The position numbers and the translations under genes are program-made. Shown here in pieces: positions 8,378-16,901 of a DNA stretch of 53,100 bases. The stretch covers positions 1-53,100 of the IMG/VR virus record IMGVR_UViG_3300027985_001356; one strand, given 5' to 3'. Source of the stretch: a virus (Duplodnaviria; Caudoviricetes). Within the stretch, counting starts at the first letter, position 1; each line of letters starts with the position of its first letter. The notes beneath the pieces are model-generated. The model was not told the DNA's origin. It made no database searches and was given only the letters and a program-made list of their open reading frames with translations.

Positions 8378-9034
8378 TCAGCTTGTCCGCAGGATGACGC
8401 AATCTGTCGGTGGTGTTGCTGGTTCTACGTTGGTCCAAAATACTGCGCTATTGCCTGGGCATTCAGCAGGCTCTCCGTGTTTCCGTTCCTTGGTTTTCAA
8501 CTTGCCTTTGCGCTTGCCTGTCTGGTGGTACTTCGCTGGGATTGTCTCGCCTCCCCAAATAAATGAGATCCGATCTCTAGGCCAAATTAGCCAGCCTGGA
8601 AGGTGTCCGGGATGAGGCCTCAGGTGGCGGATTGATTCGATGTTGAATTGACACCATACAAAACGCATTCGACCTGCATGACGCTCTTGTTCGGCAAGAT
8701 ACTTCGCCCACCACCTCCTCCCCGATCCTCGCGAACCTGGATGATTGCAATACGTCACAGTCTCCCAACAGCTCTCTAAACCGCACAATCTCTCGGGTGT
8801 CCAATCAGTCGGACAGGGATCATAAACCCCATCAATGGGTGAACCAAGCGTCCTAGCAACCCAGTCCATCCACTCAGGCGGGGTCCACCAATCCGCAGAA
8901 TAATTCTGGTGACGGATGCTGATGTTTTCGGGGCCGGTTTTCTTTGTCATGAGTTTTTGCATCTTTCCGGGCAACCGCATCCGCTTTCTCAAGGACTCCG
9001 TATCCAACGGCACCTTTCTCATCTCGACCATCAC
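8378..9034 (-). CDS. Phage Dam-like DNA N6-adenine methyltransferase homologue with atypical motif IV
   Basis: DWWTPP, YDPC, GL..W..YCNHPG, RISF; NPPY replaced by NHPG. Confidence 0.7.
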   Translation of the reverse strand: MMVEMRKVPLDTESLRKRMRLPGKMQKLMTKKTGPENISIRHQNYSADWWTPPEWMDWVARTLGSPIDGVYDPCPTDWTPERLCGLESCWETVTYCNHPGSRGSGRRWWAKYLAEQERHAGRMRFVWCQFNIESIRHLRPHPGHLPGWLIWPRDRISFIWGGETIPAKYHQTGKRKGKLKTKERKHGEPAECPGNSAVFWTNVEPATPPTDCVILRTS

Positions 9035-9702
9035 CCGCCCCTCCTATCGACATCGACAACAGATCTCCAGTTGGCCGATTCGCGAATCCTGGACAAGATG
9101 CGATGTCCATAGCGCTTACTGAACTCATCGGCATGCAGGTTCGTGGTTATAACTGTGCGCGCTTTCCTTCCTGCACAGAAATCAAATAACTCATCCAACC
9201 CAGAGATAAGCATCCCCTTTTTGTCCGCATACTCTGTCCCTAAATCATCCACGATAAGAGAGCTGGAGTTCTTCCATCTGCGTCGAAAGTCTTTATCGAA
9301 AGCCCCTGCGCCAAAAAATTCCGTCGCCCTCATAAAAAATGGAGACTTCCCCCCATGATCTCCTTGCCATCTCAAAGCTGCGAAAGTCTTCCCTGTCCCA
9401 GTTCCACCCGACAGGATTCTGATCTGTCTCTTGTCTTCCATGAACCCTTCCATCTGTTTCATGGCTTCACTGTTTGGATCGAAGGAATCCTCGTACACTC
9501 GCTCGCTGAGGAGGTCTGGCGCGTTTCCCTCTTGGAGGATGGTCGCACGCATCTCGTGTTCCCTTCTTGCCTGCTTTCGCGCTAACGCATCTCGCTGCGC
9601 TTGAACTTCCGCATCTCTAGCCTCCCACTCCTCATCTGTGAGTTGGGGGACAAGAACAGCTGGAAATAGCTGCTCCACACTGTCCGAAATAGGCTTACTC
9701 AT
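9031..9702 (-). CDS. DnaC/IstB-like AAA+ helicase loader
   Basis: Walker A GGTGTGKT, Walker B LIVDDLG, ITTN, RILSRI. Confidence 0.9.
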   Translation of the reverse strand: MSKPISDSVEQLFPAVLVPQLTDEEWEARDAEVQAQRDALARKQARREHEMRATILQEGNAPDLLSERVYEDSFDPNSEAMKQMEGFMEDKRQIRILSGGTGTGKTFAALRWQGDHGGKSPFFMRATEFFGAGAFDKDFRRRWKNSSSLIVDDLGTEYADKKGMLISGLDELFDFCAGRKARTVITTNLHADEFSKRYGHRILSRIRESANWRSVVDVDRRGG

Positions 9703-10562
9703 AGCTTTACCTCTCCTCGCGGGTAAGAGTCGTGCGGATGCGGTTCTACTCGGCCAAACCGTACGTCATCATCCGCAGTCCTTTTGCCTTTGCGCTGCGA
9801 GATAGATATCTGGTCCCAGTTCCTGCGGAGACCTGTCGGAGATGAAATCACCCCTGACCAGAAGGTGTCCTCCAAGGCCCACGCGATCATATCCTCTATT
9901 GCTTCCCAGGAATGCTTATCTTGCTCATGCGCAATCCGGAGTTCGTCCGCCCACTTCAGCTCCCGCTTCGCACGCACAGCTGGCGCAAGCTTCGCCAGCT
10001 TGCCACCAGGAGCATTCGCGACAACCATGTCAGCAAGCTTCTTCGACAACCGGTGCGCATTGGCTGAGATTTTCGCGGGATCAAGAGATTTCTTTGGTTC
10101 CAACGTAGCATTATCACTTTGGTTACTGCCCGTAGTCTCCGTTTTGTTCCCGTCTGTTCCTTCGTTCCCGGAACGTTCGGAACCGTTCCCGTTTGTTTCG
10201 TTTTTATTTCTTTCTCTCCACTTACGTGTCCTCGGGGTACTCAGGTCGGAGAGGCGGTCCCATGATTTATCCCACCCAACGATTTCAATACCTTTGGGTG
10301 CGTGCGCGATCAGCCCAGCAAGTTGCGCTTTAGCGAGCCCCTCGGACATCAAGCGCTCACCTATGTCGCTCGCCTCGGTCAACAGCGTATAGCGGGCTAG
10401 GTACCTAGCGGACGACAGCTCATGAGGAACGAGCCCTGCGCAATTATGCGCCTTATTCAGCAACAGCAGATGCAGATAGGCTGTCGTTCCCCAGAATCCC
10501 GCGGCATCACATCTGGGGTCCTTTGGTAAGAACGCATTAATTTTTGCCCAACACGCGATCAT
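9699..10562 (-). CDS. Replication initiator (lambda O-like organisation)
   Basis: Directly upstream of DnaC-like gene; RTRKWRER then low-complexity linker; C-term DTFWSGVISSP.GLRRNWDQ. Confidence 0.8.
   Translation of the reverse strand: MIACWAKINAFLPKDPRCDAAGFWGTTAYLHLLLLNKAHNCAGLVPHELSSARYLARYTLLTEASDIGERLMSEGLAKAQLAGLIAHAPKGIEIVGWDKSWDRLSDLSTPRTRKWRERNKNETNGNGSERSGNEGTDGNKTETTGSNQSDNATLEPKKSLDPAKISANAHRLSKKLADMVVANAPGGKLAKLAPAVRAKRELKWADELRIAHEQDKHSWEAIEDMIAWALEDTFWSGVISSPTGLRRNWDQISISQRKGKRTADDDVRFGRVEPHPHDSYPRGEVKL
10135..10220. other. Putative replication origin inside initiator gene
   Basis: Clustered GTTC(C)/GGAAC repeats then T-rich tract. Confidence 0.55.
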
Positions 10563-10804
10563 CTGGCCTCCCATGCCTTTTTCGTAAATGGGACTTTGCC
10601 TTTTGTCAGCTCAGCGATGGCCCAGCCTATTTTGATCCCAGGCCGAAAATCCCCAGTCGCGAGCGCATAGACCGTGGAGAGGCTGCATCCTAAGGCCTCG
10701 GCCACCTGAGCAGGGCTTTTGCTATGCTCCTGCATCCAGTTTCCAAAAGAAGTTTGCCAACTTCCCTCGCGGGGGTTGTAGCCTCTACGGTTTGATTTTT
10801 TCAT
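10559..10804 (-). CDS. Cro-like helix-turn-helix regulator
   Basis: SPAQVAEALGCSLSTVYALATG..RPG...IAELTKGKV. Confidence 0.85.
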   Translation of the reverse strand: MKKSNRRGYNPREGSWQTSFGNWMQEHSKSPAQVAEALGCSLSTVYALATGDFRPGIKIGWAIAELTKGKVPFTKKAWEAR

Positions 10805-10829
10805 CCTGCCCCCCCTTACTCACAAATCC

Positions 10830-10858
10830 CTGTATCACTGGAAATACAGTGCAGTCAA
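10830..10858 (-). promoter_or_regulatory. Putative operator/promoter upstream of Cro-like gene
   Basis: Overlapping inverted repeats ctgtat..atacag and cactg..cagtg next to a minus-strand TTGACT. Confidence 0.45.
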
Positions 10859-10946
10859 GAGTGGTTACAGGTAACAAAATATACTCAGTATAATTAAAAG
10901 GAAGTAGTCCTAACGATGTTCCACGTGCAACCAGAGCGCCTTGTTG

Positions 10947-11225
10947 TCAGAACGGCAAGTCATCAGTACTGGGGGGCACATCTGCTTTTTTCTCTGATGA
11001 AGGCTGAGAAGCCGACATCCCGGGGCAAGTTCCAAAATGGCAGTTATATCGGTCGCCCTCAGGTGAGTTTGGATAGGCCTTGTGCGCGATTGGGATGCCA
11101 TCTCCGAGATCTAGCCAGCAATCTCCATCCACTTTGGGGTCCTCATCCATTGCCATCCACTTATTATTTTTTGATTTTGCCCAGAAGATGGGCGCGGAGC
11201 ACTTGTTGCATGTTTTGATTTCCAT
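10947..11225 (-). CDS. Zn-binding small protein with SSB-like DDLPF C-terminus
   Basis: CNKC...HFGTC; disordered tail ending STDDLPF. Confidence 0.8.
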   Translation of the reverse strand: MEIKTCNKCSAPIFWAKSKNNKWMAMDEDPKVDGDCWLDLGDGIPIAHKAYPNSPEGDRYNCHFGTCPGMSASQPSSEKKADVPPSTDDLPF

Positions 11226-11344
11226 CAGATTCCTCTCTGTGGTTCACAAAGTAGCATTATTACTTGACTCCTCCGATATCGACAGTGCCTTTGATGGTGA
11301 ACCACGACCAACGCACTGGGATGGAGATGTTTACGTCTAAGCAT
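11225..11344 (-). CDS. 39-aa peptide (not in ORF track)
   Basis: MLRRKHLH...QRGI; overlaps upstream stop and TGATG-coupled downstream. Confidence 0.4.
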   Translation of the reverse strand: MLRRKHLHPSALVVVHHQRHCRYRRSQVIMLLCEPQRGI

Positions 11345-12299
11345 CTTTCACCTCCCCTGTCTCCGGATCGTGCCCAGGCTCCTTGTCCTTCTTGAGCTTA
11401 TCCTTGACGGCCTTAGTGCCTTTCGCGACGGGCTCAGATGGCGCCTTATCCTGATTCTTATGCTCAATCGTGGCCTGCCAGCTGGTCTCACCATCGCGGA
11501 TGGTCGTGTAGATTTGACGTAATTCTACAAGTTCACTGGGTGTAACCTTGCCCAAATCATGACCCAGGTACTCGGAGAGGTCCGCGGGGTTGATGTTTAA
11601 CTCTGCGAAGGCGTCCGCCAGGCGCCGCCTCTCGGCATCTGGGTCCTTAGCGGCCTGGTTACTGGCGGTCTTGCGAATCGCCTCCTCTGCTTCGTCTTGG
11701 AGCCACCCAGGGATCAGCCTGAGGCCATTGGTCCGGATTGCTTTAGAGACCAGCGCCCCCTGTTTGTTGAGAAGTTCATCGTCTGAGGCTCGGATGATGT
11801 AGACGGTTTGGCCATGGCTGCCTTTTCTCGTGCCCACGAGGTGTTGGCCCTGGCGGTGACTGTTTCGTTCTACGGTCTTTTGCACAGTGATTTGCGTCGT
11901 GTGGCTGGCGTTTCGCTGGTAGTCGGTGACTGTGACGGCGACGATCCGCTTTTCGTCATCGTCATAGACTGTGGTCTGGGACGATTTGATGTTTCCCATG
12001 ATCTGGATCGCTTGCTCGACGAACCGAATGGACAGGCCTTCGATGCCTTGCCCAATGGGCTTGCGATAGCGCGCGACTTTGGCGAAGGCTGGGCGTTTGC
12101 ATTCCCTGAGGAGCTCTGTGCGGACCTGGTCGAGGTTGCGCGGATTCTGCATGGCCATGAGGTAGCTGGCCTCTTCGGCCGCCTTAACGTGGGCTGCGAC
12201 GGCTGTGGCCGCGGTCTCGTGCATGGTGGTGATCTGCGAACCCTGAAATCCGTCTTGTTTGACGAGTGATACGGGTAGTGTTGAGTCGCTATTGTCCAT
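11337..12299 (-). CDS. Putative single-strand annealing recombinase
   Basis: Follows YqaJ nuclease; PRN..ECKRPAFA..Y.KP..IEGLSIRF core; DPETGEV tail typical of phage SSAPs. Confidence 0.7.
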   Translation of the reverse strand: MDNSDSTLPVSLVKQDGFQGSQITTMHETAATAVAAHVKAAEEASYLMAMQNPRNLDQVRTELLRECKRPAFAKVARYRKPIGQGIEGLSIRFVEQAIQIMGNIKSSQTTVYDDDEKRIVAVTVTDYQRNASHTTQITVQKTVERNSHRQGQHLVGTRKGSHGQTVYIIRASDDELLNKQGALVSKAIRTNGLRLIPGWLQDEAEEAIRKTASNQAAKDPDAERRRLADAFAELNINPADLSEYLGHDLGKVTPSELVELRQIYTTIRDGETSWQATIEHKNQDKAPSEPVAKGTKAVKDKLKKDKEPGHDPETGEVKDA

Positions 12300-12480
12300 T
12301 CTTCATTCTCCGTTTAGTTCGTTCGAAAAGGTGATCATCCGTCTCCATCCATAAACCTTGCCACTTGTTCCAGGCGCAATGGTCGTTAGGCGCCTGTGCA
12401 GGTGGCGGGTCTCCGCCGTAGATTTCTCTGCATATTTTAGATTCTTCAAACTCTTTAAAAGGGTCTATCATTTTCCCCAA
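12289..12480 (-). CDS. Small hypothetical protein
   Basis: Overlap-coupled, AGGAG SD. Confidence 0.55.
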   Translation of the reverse strand: MGKMIDPFKEFEESKICREIYGGDPPPAQAPNDHCAWNKWQGLWMETDDHLFERTKRRMKNGQ

Positions 12481-13544
12481 CTCCTAGGAACGTTGAAGGG
12501 ACGTGCGCCTGGCTTTGTTTTGGTGTGATCTTGTATTGCCTGATGCGCAACTCCCAAGAGCTGTCCAAACGCCGGGTCGTCTGCGACGCTGGCATTTAAT
12601 TCGATAGTATTCAAGAGCTCTTGATATGCTGCTTTCCAATCGATCTTCGTTGAATCCTTGTTCTTCTTCCAGGTGATGCGCTCAGGAACACCAGTCCCTG
12701 TTGGATTGATAATCCCCATTGCATCACCAATCGCTTCTTTGATTCGTTGTACTAGTCGTGCTTCTTTTTGCTCGAGCTCTTTCCGTTCCGATCTGGTTTC
12801 CCTGAGCACAGAGAGCACTTGGGATATCTCGGGTGTTGCCTCGATCATTCTCTGATCGTTTTTTGGGAACCGTCTGTTTAGGTAATCTCCATAGGAGTCC
12901 GAACCATCGGGCTCGAGCGGAATGCCTTCGATGATATGTTTCTGCCAAAAGGTTTTGGCTTTCTCGACCAACACTTCCTCAAGCTCTGGATCGCGCAGGA
13001 TGACATAGTCTGTTGGAACTCCATCGATGAACGCGGTCAAATCCCAACGAGTGATATCTGCATCGTAGTAGGCTCTGGCGACGTAGAGATTCCAGGCGCA
13101 TTGCGTAATCTCCCATGCGGGGACCTCATCCGTGCCAGGAGCGCCATAATGGTGTGAGAGCCATGATGCGTGGGTTTTGATTTCAAGACCGCTGACAGGA
13201 GGTGTTGAAGTTTCCACCGTTCCTTGCACGTGTATATTTTGCAGCATGAAGGGATAGGAAACTCCATCGGGGGTTGCTAGCGCCCATGGAATCTTTGGAT
13301 GCGACAAGGTCCCGGGGGTATCGATGGTGACTCCATGCCTTTGTGCGTAGTCATCCCTGATAGGGCCTTCCAGGAGATTGCCCCATTTGACCCGATCGGT
13401 TTCGACGAACGGCACACCTTCGCCCCTCTTATCTAATACGACATCGATAGCGCCCCCATAGGGACTCACGCCACAGATCTTCGCGATGTCGGTCGCAGTG
13501 ATGCCTTGTTGGCGTTGTTCGAGTTGCTTGTTGGTTAGTGCCAT
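12468..13544 (-). CDS. YqaJ-like (lambda exo family) exonuclease
   Basis: RQQGITATD, WGNLLE, ATPDG, LEIKT. Confidence 0.92.
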   Translation of the reverse strand: MALTNKQLEQRQQGITATDIAKICGVSPYGGAIDVVLDKRGEGVPFVETDRVKWGNLLEGPIRDDYAQRHGVTIDTPGTLSHPKIPWALATPDGVSYPFMLQNIHVQGTVETSTPPVSGLEIKTHASWLSHHYGAPGTDEVPAWEITQCAWNLYVARAYYDADITRWDLTAFIDGVPTDYVILRDPELEEVLVEKAKTFWQKHIIEGIPLEPDGSDSYGDYLNRRFPKNDQRMIEATPEISQVLSVLRETRSERKELEQKEARLVQRIKEAIGDAMGIINPTGTGVPERITWKKNKDSTKIDWKAAYQELLNTIELNASVADDPAFGQLLGVAHQAIQDHTKTKPGARPFNVPRSWGK

Positions 13545-13629
13545 CTATCCCTCCTGTTAGGTTTCACAAACGATTTCCATGCGGTGTGTTGGCCCGCAAC
13601 GATCACACTGGCAATAGAAACCTTCAAAG

Positions 13630-13926
13630 TCATCTGAGGCGTCCACGTCTGTGACTTCCTCGAATTCTGTTATCGCCGCTTCGCGATTTTTCCTGCCCAG
13701 TAGCAACAAGTACGAGTTCAATCTTGCGGGTTTTCTCAGCTTGAGGATCAAGTTCTACCCATACTGCGGGCATGGGACGGCCATCGGACATACCAGATGA
13801 GAAATCCCCAGCATCCATCCCTGCATGCACAAAACGGTGATGCTTTGGAAGGTGGATGACGCAAGAACTCACAGGCTGAGCAATGCGCCATTTCCAGATG
13901 ACGTTTTTTTCTCTCTCAGTTGGCAT
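13630..13926 (-). CDS. Hypothetical protein, possibly truncated
   Basis: IWKW...LP...VWVELDP...VATGQ; frame-switched tail. Confidence 0.55.
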   Translation of the reverse strand: MPTEREKNVIWKWRIAQPVSSCVIHLPKHHRFVHAGMDAGDFSSGMSDGRPMPAVWVELDPQAEKTRKIELVLVATGQEKSRSGDNRIRGSHRRGRLR

Positions 13927-14182
13927 CCGTCTGATGTCCTAACTCGATAACCCCTGCGCTGTAGTCGATATCGACGATCTGGAGCGGAGGTAGAAAATCC
14001 TTAACAGGAATACGATTCCCCCCAACGACACAATGAGGGGGCATCTCAAGGACCATGCCCACCTTCAAGAGTCTTATGAGTGCAGGTTCCTCGATTAGGA
14101 GTTCGATTGTCCCTCGGCACGTCATCCTCATCGCGAGAACCGCCACCGCCTCACTGGCATCAAACACGGGTATTTTTGTCAT
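13916..14182 (-). CDS. Hypothetical protein
   Basis: Coupled ORF in leftward operon. Confidence 0.65.
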   Translation of the reverse strand: MTKIPVFDASEAVAVLAMRMTCRGTIELLIEEPALIRLLKVGMVLEMPPHCVVGGNRIPVKDFLPPLQIVDIDYSAGVIELGHQTDAN

Positions 14183-14186
14183 CGCA

Positions 14187-14549
14187 TCACCCTCTTCTTT
14201 TTTTGTCGTGGTTTATTTGCCTTTGCAGCTGTCCGAGTCTGCGCTCATTTCGCTCGAATTCCCTTTCTTCTTCGGTCTTTGGCTTGCAGGTCTCCTGGTG
14301 ACACTGCAACCGGGGAATCTCTGGATCTTCTCCCTCATCCACCCTTGCGATAGGCGCATCCTTACCCCTGTACAAAACGTGTGTTCCCGCCTGGCTTGGT
14401 TTTGTGTCCATAGGCATCCAGTTCCCAAGCTTGGATCTAGCCCACAAAATCAGTGAGCCACAGCGCTTACAAAGCGTCCGACGGAGATCGCGGAGAGATT
14501 CAATCGGCACCCCCTGCACCTGCTCTAATCCTCCTTTTTTCGACGCCAT
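14187..14549 (-). CDS. Zn-binding protein, paralogue of 10947..11225
   Basis: CKRCGSLILWARSKLGNWMPMD...CHQETC. Confidence 0.75.
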   Translation of the reverse strand: MASKKGGLEQVQGVPIESLRDLRRTLCKRCGSLILWARSKLGNWMPMDTKPSQAGTHVLYRGKDAPIARVDEGEDPEIPRLQCHQETCKPKTEEEREFERNERRLGQLQRQINHDKKRRG

Positions 14550-15200
14550 CTTTGACCCCCTATTCCGTTTTCAAAAATACGCATTTTGATACCCCCACCC
14601 TCCTCGCAACATGCTGGAATAAATAGGGAATCACATTGAAAATGTCCGAGCTCACCACAATAATGTCCGATGAATCGCATTTCCGACGCTTGAACATCTC
14701 TCATAATCCTTCAACTTTTGTTGAAACCTGCTTTTTTCTGCTTGATATCATAGGTGTATTCCAAAAACCTACCACCTGCCCTTGACACGGATCGCGAGCC
14801 TTTTTACCCATTAAAAGCATGGTCTTCGACCATTGTTGCAAAAGCACTTGTTACAAAAACAATTTGCCAATCAGGGACTTTCAAAGTGTCACGTGGGGGG
14901 CCGGCTTCTTGGGCCACCACAGCCAGCCCGGCAACTGAGGGCGTGGTCTTTCCGAGCGCAGCGAAGGAAACGGGATGCCCGCAGGGCTTTCTTTTGCTTG
15001 TAAACACAAACCACAACTTCAAATCACGCTTGGCTGTTTTTGGCGACAAACTCGCCCATGCCATCAGCCCAAGGATACAGAGACTGCTCTCCTCCTTCTC
15101 GCTCCGCTCGATTTCGGACTCGCGTCTCATACTCCAAACGCTAGCACAAAGTTTGACTATTTCCCAGTGCTGCTGGAAAAACTGTGATAGGGTTTGACGT

Positions 15201-15530
15201 ATGAGTGGCAGGGATGAGTGGTCGCAGGAGATCGCAGCTGACGTCGACGCGAGGACAGTCGATGTCTCTAGCTGTTGTGACTGGCCAGCGGAGTCCAAGG
15301 CTTCCTGCATTGAGTATTTGATGCTCGTGCGAACGACCTATGAGAAAATATGCCTAACGCACGACGTTTTGGGAAGCCAGGGCATTTGCGAGAGCTGCGC
15401 GAGGGAGAAGCAGTTGTTGACTATCGCTTTCGCAAATCGCGATCTGAGGTACTGGGATATGGTTCTATGCGTACCCTGTGTTGGCGTCCTGTTTGACTCT
15501 AACAAGGGAGGGTCACATGACCCCACTTAA
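15201..15530 (+). CDS. Cys-rich hypothetical protein
   Basis: CESC...CVPC; weak SD. Confidence 0.5.
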   Translation: MSGRDEWSQEIAADVDARTVDVSSCCDWPAESKASCIEYLMLVRTTYEKICLTHDVLGSQGICESCAREKQLLTIAFANRDLRYWDMVLCVPCVGVLFDSNKGGSHDPT

Positions 15531-15559
15531 TGATATGCTCCCTGTGATCTCATGGGGGG

Positions 15560-15889
15560 ATGGCCACAATGAAGGTAAGCGCTCAGCGTCTATTCCAGAC
15601 ATTTGTGCATATGCTGCCCTACGAGCTCGATCAAAAACAGCTCGAGATTTTCAGCCTACTTTGCGAGGCGATCGAGCTAGAGATCGAGCAGGGTCACTTG
15701 CAAGAGCAACGTCGCAATCGCAAAGGAACTATTCATGATGCGACCATCCAAAAGGTGCTCGAGCTCGATCTGGACTCAGAGAGCATCCCTCAGCCTTTGT
15801 TTGAAGATGCAGACACCTCACCCATCTGCAGGCATTGTGGCAAGCCATGCGAAAGGCTGGGGGTGTGTGAGGATTGTGGGATTGGGTGA
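15560..15889 (+). CDS. Hypothetical protein with C-terminal Zn ribbon
   Basis: CRHC...CEDC; GGGGG SD. Confidence 0.65.
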   Translation: MATMKVSAQRLFQTFVHMLPYELDQKQLEIFSLLCEAIELEIEQGHLQEQRRNRKGTIHDATIQKVLELDLDSESIPQPLFEDADTSPICRHCGKPCERLGVCEDCGIG

Positions 15890-15892
15890 AGT

Positions 15893-16135
15893 ATGACCGA
15901 CGAATTTGAGGACGAATTTGAGAAGGCAGATCCATGCAAAAGATGCAACTCTACGAGCAAAGTATACGTTGCCAGCATGTCGTATTACGGAATCTGGGCG
16001 AAGTCGCCAGCGTATCTTGCGCCAGAGCCTGCTTTGGCGTGGGTCGAGCGGAAACAGTTTGATTCTCGTCCGGTCCGCCATTGCGTACAAGAACTCATTG
16101 TGCATGACAAAGACTGTCCGGGTGATACGGGATGA
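15893..16135 (+). CDS. Small hypothetical protein
   Basis: CKRC...HDKDC. Confidence 0.6.
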   Translation: MTDEFEDEFEKADPCKRCNSTSKVYVASMSYYGIWAKSPAYLAPEPALAWVERKQFDSRPVRHCVQELIVHDKDCPGDTG

Positions 16136-16211
16136 GCAAGCGCAGCGATTGTTAAAGGGGATACGTTGGTTCTGAAACAGGAGTTTCCAGGATTGCTGTG
16201 GACATTTTAGA

Positions 16212-16322
16212 CGGATAGGCAGCAGGTCTCTTTCCCATCGGGGCTACATGCAAGAGCACTACCCACGGAGAATGCCCTTACCACCCAACCAGTCATGATT
16301 CTGGCAGCCTGCCACCTATCCG
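16212..16322 (-). ncRNA. Candidate structured RNA (multibranch)
   Basis: 15-bp closing stem, fully paired with two G-U wobbles only on minus strand; internal stems. Confidence 0.4.
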
Positions 16323-16358
16323 GAGGCACTATTGCCCATGCGGATCGCCGCTGCAAGC

Positions 16359-16553
16359 TTAGACTTCCTCATCCTCCACATCCCTCAACGTCATCGAGAG
16401 CCTGATTTCAACGATGCCATCCAACCAGTCCCCGTTCTCATCCTTTGGGGTGAAAACATCAACATCTGCCGATAGATAGGAGTCGTTGAAGGCAGCGGCC
16501 ATCATCTTTTGGAGGTTGTACATGAAGTAGGAGGCTTCGCGTTTTTGTCTCAT
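16359..16553 (-). CDS. Small acidic hypothetical protein
   Basis: 64-aa ORF, protein-like composition. Confidence 0.55.
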   Translation of the reverse strand: MRQKREASYFMYNLQKMMAAAFNDSYLSADVDVFTPKDENGDWLDGIVEIRLSMTLRDVEDEEV

Positions 16554-16639
16554 ACTTAGTGCGCGCTACTTTTTTAGGGCGGATCGCTACCTCGGAGAGG
16601 TGATATGCTACGTTCCCGCTACCTAAAGGAGGTCCCTCA

Positions 16640-16879
16640 ATGATTCCGCACTACTTGCTGGTCAAGGCTGTCGATGGGGATGGTTACAGGACGATGCATG
16701 CCGAATTTTGCCCGTTCAAGATTCCGGAGAATATCTGCTTGGGCATGTATCCGAGTCTAGAACGGGCCATTCAAGAGGCGGAGCTGTTCCATGACAAAAT
16801 CAGGGTTTGCCATGTGTGCGCGTCGCTGAGGTCCCATTATGAGGACATGGACTACGAGACCTATGTTGAAGATTCCTAG
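16640..16879 (+). CDS. Small metal-binding hypothetical protein
   Basis: AAGGAGG SD; HAEFC...CHVC. Confidence 0.7.
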   Translation: MIPHYLLVKAVDGDGYRTMHAEFCPFKIPENICLGMYPSLERAIQEAELFHDKIRVCHVCASLRSHYEDMDYETYVEDS

Positions 16880-16893
16880 AAAAGGCCTATAAT
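16866..16893 (+). promoter_or_regulatory. Promoter for packaging/late operon
   Basis: TTGAAG-N16-TATAAT, 8 nt before ATG 16902, no SD. Confidence 0.55.
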
Positions 16894-16901
16894 TATTTGA
16901 C

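Noticed and set aside
14754-15310. ORFs 14754..15197 (+) and 14804..15310 (-)
   Set aside because: Mutually antisense, no SD or recognisable motifs; treated as non-coding
16212-16250. Cobalamin riboswitch (GGGAA...GAGACCUGC on minus strand)
   Set aside because: Only a short 3' resemblance; other conserved elements missing and no downstream gene on that strand
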